Source of the DNA: Phoronis australis
Taxonomy: Eukaryota; Animalia; Phoronida
Length of the DNA stretch: 64,000 nt
Assembly (NCBI GenBank): GCA_002633005.1
Contig: NMRA01000015.1
Coordinates: 1,236,218-1,300,217 of the forward strand
Reading direction: 5' to 3'
Shown: positions 1 through 12,100 of the stretch, one piece after another
Position numbering within the stretch: position 1 is the first letter of the stretch
Layout: every line of letters starts with the position of its first letter
The notes under the pieces: model-generated
The model's database searches: none
Seen by the model: the letters and a program-made list of their open reading frames with translations, nothing else
Told to the model about the DNA's origin: nothing
Position numbers and translations under genes: made by a program

Positions 1-17
1 AGACAGACAGTAGTCAC

Positions 18-112
18 CTGTATGAATCGCTTGATGTGAAGTGTCAACACAGCAGGTGGGCTATAAATCATCATCTGCTTACTGGCATTGGTGAGAACCA
101 TCTCTGCATCTT
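18..112 (-). CDS. USP16/USP45: USP16/45 exon (TNASKQMMIYSPPAVLTLHIKRFIQ)
   Basis: Conserved PPxLxLHLKRF box; ttgcag acceptor, gtgact donor. Confidence 0.92.
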
Positions 113-3100
113 CTGCAAAGTGTGTGTAAGAAAAAAATGCAAATGAACAGGTCTAATCACATACAACTGACCGCACCAAATGGTCCAGAGAACATGGGGG
201 AGCACTTTTGTCATAGCGAAATGTATCACATAAATAATCCAGGTAAAGCACTTAAATTTAAAATCAACATTTTGTTATTATTCTTCAACAAAATGGCCAG
301 ATACATGAATTATCTTTAACATGCGAGACCAAGAAGAGATGCTCATCTCATCAAGGTGGGAAATAACCCAACAAACTCATAATGACAAAGTTAATTGTGT
401 CTCGCGCTCTACCTACCAACACCAGGCTTCATCCTCTCTGTGCAAACATCACAACCAAATTTGTTGGCATCCCTTAACACTTCCTTTCCTGTGAACTGTC
501 TCAGGCTGGCAATCACCGACGATCCAGACACGTTTTCCTGAGCTTCCGTTGCCAGAGGCTTCATGGCCTCCAATCTGGGATCACATTCAACGTCCACCCC
601 ATCTCCATCCCTAGCAGGTCTGCTGTAGTCACTGCCGTTGCTGTTTTGTCTGCTGACAGAACGCTGGTTTCTCATTTTGTTATCGTTGCTATTTGCAGAA
701 TTATTTCTTTTCAAAGAAGACTTGTTCCCATCAAATTTGGCCTCTTTTGATACTGATGTTTGACTCATGCTCTCTGAACTACTAGTAACAGAGTTATTAG
801 GGCAGTGATTAGAACCGTTGACAGTTAGCACTGTGCTGGCCTCCAAGCCTACAGACTGTTCTAGTTTCTGCTCTGAGTCTATACTCTCATCCGAACAACT
901 ACGTTTTGTACCTAAGGAGCTTTCAAGATCTCCGTTCTCCTGAGAAGCTGTTTGGGTTTCATCACCTGAGCTGGGCTGCATTGTACTTGGTATGTCCTCC
1001 TTAGCATTGCCACTTGACAAACATTTAACACCATTCTCGTTTTCACTCATCGTAGTTGGCGATAACTTGTCGCTGGTCTCAACCCCATCCCCGTCAGGAG
1101 CTGACAGTGTATCTGTATCAATATGAAGTTCATTCATCTTTTTCGCTAGATCAGACACCTCCTTATCTCCCTCATTGCCATTTGACAAACATTTAACACC
1201 ATTCTCGTTTTCACTCATCGTAGTTGGCGATAACTTGTTGCTGGTCTCAACCCCATCCCCATCAGGAGCTGGCGGGGTATTTGTATCAGTATGAAGTTCA
1301 TTCACTTCTTTAGCTAGATTAGACACTTCCTTATCTTCCTCATCAACTTGAGTTTTATTTGGCATGGGCTCATCATTGTCTTCACCTGGAAAATATATCA
1401 CACATTTCCTAAACATTGCATTCAATGATAAACTTGGTTCTTGTTATCATTATATAAATATGAAGTGATAAAATTGTTTTCACTGGTGTTGAACTCATTT
1501 CTTTGTGACATTACACACAATGAGTATATCTGAGATATTGCCAGCATCATTCTGAGTTTTAAGGTTGGATTTCAGATTTGTGTGTCCAAATTTACCTTCC
1601 TGAGAGAAATCCTCTTGTGTGGCTGCACCTGTCGACTGTGCTCGGTTCTTCCTCCTGTTTTGCTTGTTTTGTTGTTTCTGCAACAACAAAACCAATAGAA
1701 AACAACAACAACTACTACTACTATTAGCTTAGCCACGTAAATATTATTAATCAATGTCACCTGAAAAATTACAAAGTTTCATACAATCTGGACCATTTTT
1801 AAAAAAGTTACAACAAAAACAAATTGAAGTCACCACCAGGGGGCATAGCAGTAGTCAGAACAGTCCAAAGATTGGTGGTACTAATCTCTTCTGGACAGAC
1901 AAATGTCTATCAAATCACCACCAGGGGGCACAGCAGTAGTCTGAACAGTCCAAAGATTGGTGGTACTAATCTCTCCTGGACAGACAAAAATGTCTATCAA
2001 ATCACCACCAGGGGGCACAGCAGTAGTCAGAACAGTCCAAAGATTGATGGTGCCAATCTCATATGGCCAGACAAATGTCCATCAAATTTAATGAAGATCC
2101 TTAACATGCTTTGGACATGACACTGTGATTAGAATAAGCCAAAACACCGACACAGACTAGGCAGCAATATGCATCCACATAATTATCTACAGTCACAGTC
2201 CTTATCTTTATCACATTTCTCTAGACATCTTTGCATAATGCTGGTCACAAACCAACCTTTTCCTTTTTGGTCTTTTCTTTCTGTTTCTTTAACTGATTCT
2301 TAGATGCTCTATCATCACTGTCACGGGCCATACTGTCCAAGTTAAGCCCATACTCCTTGCCACCTCCAGCCTTGTGTTTCACAACCTGAAGACCGTCAAA
2401 ACACAGTTAAACATAGTAGAAACAAATCCATTTTGCATTATCACCACGTTGAAGGATTTCCAGTAGCAAGTTATACCACTATACAGAAAACATTAAATAT
2501 TTTTGAAACAATTGAAATCATCTCGACCACTGTTACATGTACACAAGTTAGAGTGGTCGTTGTTGATGCGCTTCTGGAGGCAAGTAAAATTTTTGTCAGG
2601 CTAAAATTTCACATGGAACAATGCAACAATGTATTTAAAAGATGGCCTGAAGTCAAATGTCAAACCTGTCCGTTGCAATGAAAGCTATAAAGCATTGTGT
2701 GACATATTAGCAGTATTGTAAAAAGCCCTTAACACTTGTAGAACTTTCATACCAGGGTTTGCCTTCATTATTTTGTAATTCAAATAGTGCTTAACGACAT
2801 ACACTCAATACAAAAGGTAAAAAATGAACGCGTAAAACGCCGTACTCCTGGATAACACTGCCGTTAAAACAACCATCAATCAAGTTTTTAAAACACATTT
2901 CTACTTACTTGTTCCTCAACAATTGGTAGAGAGAGGTCGAGAAATGGCTCAAATATCTGTGAAGGCTGAAATGAACAAACAATGTTAATTATCCACTGTA
3001 ATTCTAGGAGCATAGTGTAACAGTAGTGTCCATATTCGGTCGTACTTTTACACCAAACAACACGTAGGTGCTGCTACCAATGGAAAACTAATATCTATAT

Positions 3101-6100
3101 TGACACATGCGCTTATACAAGTTTGTCAGTGATATTAATTAGATAAATACAGAGTGTCCTCAACTAGATCAACAAGCATCCAATTAACATCATATCCAAA
3201 CCATATTAGTAGCACAGTCCACAACAATGTACAGTGCCCTTTTATGAACTAGGAGAACAATTTACCGTATTAATATGCAATTGGACTTGTCATCAACAAA
3301 TAAACCAACTCACTGTTTGGCACTCGTCACACAGAACTGTACTGATGAGATATCCACCAAAGATACTGTCCACAAATGTGTGCTTGGCCTGACGTCCATA
3401 CTCTGCAGAAAGAATAAATGTGTTATTAGGCCAGAAAAAGTATATCAACATTGCTTAAAAACAAAAAGAAAAACTCATGTTTAACTCAGGCATTCTTTTT
3501 CATCAAAAAAAAATATTTTTAAAGCCTTAAATTAAAATGCATTCTAGTTCAATTTTATTGAAGCCTGTCAACTCAGCTACGATCACTGCCAATGAATATT
3601 CATGAAATTTGAAAAACAAATCGCAACTCATCTAACACGTGTCCTAATCACCATGAATTCAAGCAATAAAAAACTGTTGGTTCTGCCAAACCTAGAAATC
3701 ACTCAAAATCCTGCACCATGTTTAAAACAGTTAAAAAAGTTGCAAAGTTCACAGTGCCCTCGCGTGCCTCAGTTGCAAAGTTCACAGTGGAAAGCTCAAG
3801 TGTCTCATGTGCAAACAGTTGTCGATGCTCTTTCTCGTGTCCACCACTAACCAGAAAATCTTGAAAGAACTTAATGTGCAAAATTTCTGTACCTGCCTTT
3901 AGATAGATAAATTATGCTTAAATGCATTTTCTACTGATGCCAGTCAGTCATTTCATGTCAAGGTCGTTCATCTTATGTCAAGGTCGTTCATTCTATGACA
4001 AGGTCACTCATTTTATTTGAAGGTCGTTATTTTATGCAAAGATCGTTCTTTTCTCAAGTCCTGTGGAAACCTTGGGTACACAATTTTGTCTGTCAAATAT
4101 GAACTCCGAGTCCAATTTACCGACAGCCCCTGGACCCTGCAATTTCCACAATATGTCCTTGAAAAAATTACATCACATATGTACCCCTGATCTTTAGCTT
4201 CTAATTACATCACATACGTACCCCTGATCTTTAGCTTCTTATCTTCATCTAGGTTACGAACAGAGTCTCCATCTTTCACCTCAAAATGTGTCATGATAGC
4301 ATCCTTGACACGCTACAAGAGCACAATTGGAAAACAAGCTGTATAAAAATTGCTAATAAAAATGTATTCAATACGTTAACATGGAATGGATTCATATTTA
4401 ATGGCAAGACACAATTTGACACAAAGATCAACAAGAGCAACGCAGGGCGTTGAAATGCGCCCACGAATGCATCGTAAATGGTGTGCTTCCAGGGTTATTT
4501 ATTTGTATCATAAAAATGGCCACTAGATGGCGCAAAAACGTACAATCCATCAAAAAACTGGAACAAGCCATATTTCATAAAAATGAAACTTCAGAAAAAC
4601 AAAGGAAAACAGAATAAAATGAAATTGCCACTTAAGTGGGGCACAGTGTCCGTTGGATCCGTCTGAATGTCGTTGAAATCTGTTGTTATCTTCATTACAA
4701 ATACACTCACTAAATTTAATAAAGATCCTGCAGTGGGTTTAGGACATATAGCTATGGGCACAAAACAAAACAAAACTACCACTAGGAGGAGCAACAGTAG
4801 TCAATCACCATCATCAAACGTCGTCCCCTTTACACTGAGAACATATATGCCATTTTTTAAAATCATCCCTAGAATGATTTGGTTGATGAAGGGTGGACGC
4901 CAAAAACAAGATTCGAAAACAGCAAAAATGGCCACCAGGTGGCGGAAAATACCTTGATTCCATCCAAAAACAGGAGTATAGCGTCACCTCACCAATAGAT
5001 GCCTATATTCAAAATTTTATGAAAATCTGTTGAGGACCTTTGAACATATAGAGTTAAACGTAAAAAACTGAAATTGCCATTAGGGGGCAAACCAGCAGTC
5101 AGATCCGTCCGAAACTTGTCGTCGTTCATTGCCTACACCATATGAATATGCTTTCTAAATTTAGTGAAGAACCTGCGAACAGTTTAGGAGATATAAGCAT
5201 AGGCGCAAAAAAAACTGCGACTAAGAGGCGCCACAGTAGTTGAATTCGTTGGAAAATCATCATCAGCAGTCCACTTCACAGTATGAATGTACATGCCAAT
5301 TTTCATAACCATTCTTCGAGTGGTTTGGTTGATAGAGGTGGACGCAAAAAAACAGACTCGAAAACAGTAAACATGGCCACTAGGTGGCGCAAACTACATC
5401 GCATCCATCGGAAAACAGGAGAACAACGTCATCTCACTAATACGTGCCTACATATCGAATTTTATGAAAATCCGTTAAAGACTTTTGAAGATACAAAGAT
5501 AAACGTAAAATACTAAAATTGCCACTAGGGGGCACACCAGTAGTCGGATCCGTCCGAAAGTCGTCGTCACCTGTTGTCAACATCATATAAATACACTTCC
5601 TAAATTTACTAATGATCGCTCAAACGGTTTAGGAGATACAGGCATAAGTGCAAAAAAACAAAACTGCCACTAGGAGGCACCACAGAAGTGCGAATCGTCG
5701 GAAAATCCCCGTCAACCGTCCACTTCATAGTAAGAACATACATGCCAATTTTCACAATCATCCTTTAAGTGGTTTGGTTGATAGAGGGGTGGACGCAAAA
5801 AACAGACTCTAAAACACTAAAAATGGCCACTAGGTGGCGCAAACTACGTTGAACTCAACCGAAAACAGCAGGAAGGAACACATGTGCAAAATTTCATGAA
5901 CATACGTCAAGGCATTTTGGAGATAGAGCAGCGGACGCCCGACGGACGGAGATGACGGCATAATGCGTCCACATATAAATATGTGGGCACATAAAAATGT
6001 CACAGGGAAATCTCAGTTGATACAGCTTTTTAGTGATTTTTTGCAAGTTTGTAAGTCATGTCAACTTTGCTTTTGTCACATGTGCGAGAGACAAAATATT

Positions 6101-9100
6101 TGTCAATGGTTACAATGAATTTCATAATTTCACAACTTGTGAAGAAAGAACCACCACTTGATGCAGCATATCATAACAAACACAAACACTACTTGGCTCA
6201 CATTTAGCCACAGAATTTTCAAAATCACACAGAATATCTCAGAATTTCAGGCACGCAAGTTTTGTTACAGAATGTCATTATTCTGTGCATTAAGTGACCT
6301 GTACAACATCCCTGCCCTAGACACACAGCTCAGAATAACACTTGTGAACACTATTCACCCAAGAAAATTCAACAGTTTCAAAAAAAATCCAGCTTTAAAC
6401 TTAGATGTTTGACAGAAGAAAAGTCATGAACCACTATTTCAATACAATGCAGTCAGTACCTTAACCTCTTCCATTTTTATCCCGTCCATTAGTTGACGCA
6501 GTAACTCGTGACTGTCCTGTTGTTGGAAACCTTTAAACCGAGGAGCCCTGAAATTATACCAAAATCTTCCACATGTATCAGAGTAAGCGTGTGTCATCCT
6601 ACGGCTAATAGACATTTGGAACATGCGACACATGCAATACAAATACAACTAGGAAGCCACACCCTTATAATGTTGATGTGCAATGTGGCACAAGCAAGCC
6701 CTGCCCACAAAATAGAGATTGACAAGGTTGACAATTACTTATAATTAGGACAATGTTAACTGCTAGGTATCCTGGGCACAGAATAAAAGTTGACAGTACC
6801 AACCATGTTCAAGTAATGGGATTTAAAGTCGCCCTCCTAACACTCGGCATGACTATGAAAAAGGTTAGAAGTAGTGATTATTGGCAACATCAGAAGATTA
6901 AAGCGTTAAATGACATCAACATCTGTGACAATGTTCACTCTGACTCAAGGTATTAATGTCAGACCCAGTTACAATACAAGATATAAGTAACCACACAAAA
7001 TACAGTGTCCCTGTCATGACTAGTTCTGTTAACAGCAAACGTGGCTAGTAATAGCTATTAGGGTGGCAAAATTCTATTACAGAATAGCTAAATTTACAGT
7101 TAATTTCCCTTCATTCTTTGTCATCAGGGGAGACTACTCTGAAAATGAATTCGACTTCTGCCCAGCTGTCACGACAGAAAATTCCAGGTCATTTGGCTGG
7201 TGCTATAGTCGAGTGAGCACATTTGGTGAAAAGCAACAAAATATGTGTCACTCCTTTGCAAACCCTTCAATTGTAGTGTTTGCACCACAAATATCTGTAT
7301 GAGTGGACACTGAATTCAACTGAGAACTCACTTTTTGCACACTTGGGCAAACAACTGGCTTGGGTTAATAATGCCAGTGGATGATGCCTTCATTGAGCGT
7401 AGGAAGAACATCAGTTGATGAGTCATCTGACCACCTGGGGCTAACGGAAGATCAATTAAGGGCAACTGGAATACAAAAAACTCAAATTAATGTATAAATC
7501 TACCCATAATGTCCAAATCACCACTGACAGTCTCTCAAACAGTTTTGGTGATTCCCTCGCAGTAACTAGTCTCTCTGTCATGGCTGATTTCACCCAATTC
7601 TTTTGAAACATATTGCATTTGTACTTAAACATCACTAATTACCAACCCAGCAGACCCAGGACTTCAATAGGAGATTGCACATAACTTACTACTTGGCTAA
7701 GAGACTTTCACTGAGAAAAAAGCTGAAGCGCTCAAGCACTCGCTAGATTTTGTTACCAGCAAAATGAGTCATCATTACTAGCATTAGCCCTTTTGCAGCT
7801 GTCACTACGTATAATTCCAATAATCAGTTCATGCTCCGTCTACACCCATACTATTACTGCAACAAAACATTCTGAAAATATGTCACAGAGTGTGGTGCAC
7901 TGTTTACACAACAACACTATGCAAACTCTAAACAACAGATAAACAGTCTCAACAACACTACATACCTCAACTCGGCCATTCTGTTGATGTCCCTCTGCAT
8001 GCCTCAAAACTCGGCCCAGGATTTCAGAACGTCCTTCTTTACAGTAGTTAGCCAATAACTTCTCAAGGCCACTAGTGTGACTCAGCACCTGTAATGGTCA
8101 CGTTAACAAGTCATAAAGATCTGTGAGGTACACCATCATTTGAATTCATATTAGGGTGATGATAACTGATCATCATTCATAGACTCTTGTGATCATTTGT
8201 CACTGCTCAGTGATGAGAAATCAACAGAAATTATCACAATTGATGATAAACCTTANCAGTGTACTGAACACAACCTCAAAATGGCATAACGGGGGGCAGT
8301 GTAGTAAAACTACTAAATGAGGGTGGTAAATCGGAATCGTGTTTCAAGACATCTGTGTAACAATCTACAGGCACCACTAAACAATGCCAAGTGAATAATA
8401 AATCAATAGCTTTCATTCAAGAAAAAATATGAACAGTTAAAACTGGACAGTTTTTATACCGTGAAAACATGGCTGCGAAGCCGTAAAATGTGTTTGAGCC
8501 TATAACTTTAGAAAAACGCAATATTTTGAGGAAATATTTTACAGCTGTTTATAGATCTCATAGGACTACCTATGTGCCAAATTTGGTGAAAATCGGCTGA
8601 CCCCCACCTTGCCGCTCATGGCTGGTGCTCTCGTGGACTAGTACTTAATATGAATCCCCAATAACTATTATTATAAATAATAACATGTCCTCCAGACGCC
8701 ACCCTCTTCAGTCCTGCAATTACTGATGACGGTATTGACATTTGTTCCGTAGCCACGGCTAATAAGCCACCAGGTAATGTCTATTAGGGCAAGTCATTTA
8801 CAGGGGCCACGGACTTTGAGAACCAGTTTGATGTCTGTTATTCAGTATATAAAACTGGTTCTCAAAAAATGCGGGACCCCTGAAAGTGACATTACAATCC
8901 ATTGGGTAGTTATTCAACTGCCTGGTAACCAACTCAACTGCTATCTAAAATTTTTTTTTTGTTTTTTGCTGGTTTAACAACCACTGAGCCCAATCTACAT
9001 TAAACAAGATACCACTGCCCCTCAAGTCAACAGTTTATTAATATTTCAGGAATAGTCACTTACAGGGGGTCCTGGATTTTGAGAACCAGTTTGATACCCG

Positions 9101-12100
9101 TAACTAAGTGGAGAAAACTGGTTCTTAAAACCCTTAACCCCTTGTAAGTGACTGTTACTGAAATTTCTACAAACAATGACAAAGAACCTGGGGTCACTTA
9201 CTTGCATGACTGCGTTGAAAAAGCATGTGTTGCCTAAGTTGCGCAGACCTTTCACCTTGGGGGTGTGATTTAATTGAGCTTGCGAGGTGGAATGATTCTT
9301 TGCTTGTTTCAAGTTGGTTTCCATTGAACACTGGTCTGTAAAGCCACTTGCAGTGGATGAGTTGTCCGAGACTGACACACCTAAAATGAAGGCTTCCTTA
9401 ACAGACACACTTTCACAAGCTCAAAAAATTAGATGAAAAAACAGTGACAACACCGACAATGAATACTTTACATCTGCTATGCACCAGTTTTCAGTGAAAA
9501 TACAAATAATTAGATTTAGTCCCCTTTCCATAAGTTGACCCAGTCTCTGCTTGATAGTGGTTTCTAGGCTTAGGGACAATGGAAAATCAGGTATTGCTAG
9601 AGATGGGGGTCAATAAGTTGGCTTACCATTCTATGAATGGAAAACAACATGGCTGAAAGTCGAGTGGTTCCCTGCCCTATTGCTAAACGGAATTACATTA
9701 ACATACCATATCATGTTATGTGACACCAACTGGGAACTCACCCTTCACAGCATCATCACTCTTCTCAGCCTTCACCTGTCCACTTCTACCTGTTAACTCG
9801 GCACGAGCATCACCCCGCCCACTACGCGAAGTCACAAACTTCAGAGCACTCTCCACACACTGGGCGAGTGCCTTGTCACAACTGACGTTCACTTCATCGT
9901 CACACTCATAACACCATACCCTCCTGGTGGCCAGGCAAAGAGCAAGAGCATGTGAATCAGAGTGATTAGTCTTGTAGTGCGCCAACGCGTGCTGGTGTTT
10001 TGTCTGTCGTCCACAGCCCTGAAATTGCATGATTCCCATACTTAGAGTGGATATGAACCCATGTTCTGTTCAGGAAGTGAAATAAATTCTATACATTTAT
10101 AGATATTTGGCTAAATGTACGGAATTGCCACTCAACACACGTGGGTCTAGTGAACCTGGCGTGCGTTCAGTAAACGCTAGGACCTAGCTAAAATCTAGTC
10201 AGTCACGTGTTCTTATTTAAAATACACGGCAATGTCTCACGTAATCTCGCGAAGTCTTGCTTTTTAGCGAGGTCCTAGCGTTACTGAACAAGAAGCTGGT
10301 CTTAACATTGGTAGGACCCTAGAAAAATGTTCAAGATTTGGCTCAACTCGGAACATCGTATCTTAGAAATGGCTGGTTGGATTCATCGGAATTATTACGC
10401 TTTATGCACTGTTCGCATCAAATATGCAGTTAGGAATTGTTTTTACAGAGCTCCGCTTTTGTATGAGGACTTTTTAAATTATGATTTTCAAGCAAAAATG
10501 AAAAGAAGTGATAACTTAGAAAACAGTAATAGCATTTTTGAGATGTCATTTTGAACGTTTATAATAAACTGCTGTTTTGTTATCAAAGTACTTTTCTTTT
10601 TTGCTAAATTTTAACAAGAAGATACGGTCATGTGACCCAATTAAAAAGTAAAAAATCTCTATTTTTAGAAAACACCTAGTACTTTTAATGAGATGAAATC
10701 TATAGTTTTGTAGATGCTTAGCAGGGCTCGACACTATGAAAATCGCCAGGTCGCATTTTCAAAATTCAGCTTGCATTAATAAATGCCAGGTTGCAAATTT
10801 TCCCACCATTTTTACACGCCAAAATAGCTTTTTTAGATTATCGTTCATATTATGGTCTTATCTGCGGTGTTAATACTCACAAATTTCAGGTAGCAAAATT
10901 GAGTTCTTACATGCAGATACGGCATTACTGCTCTTCACAACTGTCATTCAAAGGTTGTTGCCGACGTGAAAGTTGAATCAGTGCTCTCTAACCAACACGT
11001 GTATTCAAGTAGCTAAATTTGCAATGTGAAAAGAGAAAAAATATCTGTTGAAAAAGCATCCGCGATTTTGCTAGGTCTGACTTGCTATATGTGTGTCATC
11101 AATGTCATTAAACAGCCAAACTAACTTTGAGAGCAAATTCCCTCCATTTTTATTCGCAGCAACCCAACTTGATGTTTTTCAAACATCCTGTCGAAAAAAA
11201 TCTGTGAAACGTTACCCTAGCCAAATGACATATGCGGATGCGAGGGTACGGATCAACGCAAATTTCACAACAAAAATGCTGGATTTAAGCTGTTTAAGTA
11301 CTCAACAATTAGTTTTCCATGAAATGAAAAGCCTCGAAATCAATCCTGAATCTGTGCAGTTTCCATCGAGTAACTCAAGTTTGCTCCTCAATTCCCTCCA
11401 TGTACGGGAAAAATAAGTCAGTCACAAAACAACACACGTCACTAGTCTTACTTTCTTTCGGAGGTAAAACAAAGCCGAGGTTGGTTCTTACATATTGAGA
11501 AGATGTTTTCTTTGAAAACTGAATTTGTTGTATAAAATGAAAGTGACTCACTACATATAGGTTGTGTGTCAATTTCAAAACACGTGCGCTTGTTTGTAGT
11601 GCGCTATGATGGGCGCGAGCCTGAACTTAACGCTTAATTGGAAATTCTCAAAAGTTGAGGTTGGACGCTTAGTAAAGCAGTGAGTGCTTACTGCGAAACA
11701 CTTCAAACGTAGGGAGTAGGCGCATAATTTCGCATCTACCGGTTTAGTTGCAGTAGCTGGCTACAGGCATAGATCATCGACCCAGGGAACATCGGAACAG
11801 GAAAATATGAGTTGTGGACTACATCGCATCTTTCTTAACCACCGGAAATCTATTAAATTCATAGTCAAATAAACCATTGGCACCCAAGTGCTTAACAGAG
11901 CCAAGCCGGTATACTCTTTCATTTAGGACTGTCGCTGTTCTCTTTTGATGTGCAGCTTTGGAGTGGTGCGCCAGAGTGAGATCAGGCACTTGAATCGCTG
12001 GAGTAGGCCTACACTTTACGTTGGCAACAACATGTGACAGACGACTTGTATCTCACGCACGCAGCCCCAGAAACAAGCAAAGGGTTTTAAAATTTCTTGG

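Noticed and set aside
409-1425. 338-aa ORF as a stand-alone gene
   Set aside because: It is one internal exon (417-1385) of USP16/45 with splice sites and phases matching its neighbours
11876-11910. Minus-strand WLC-like peptide as the zf-UBP exon
   Set aside because: In-frame stop, located inside a transposon; the real exon is 13416-13520
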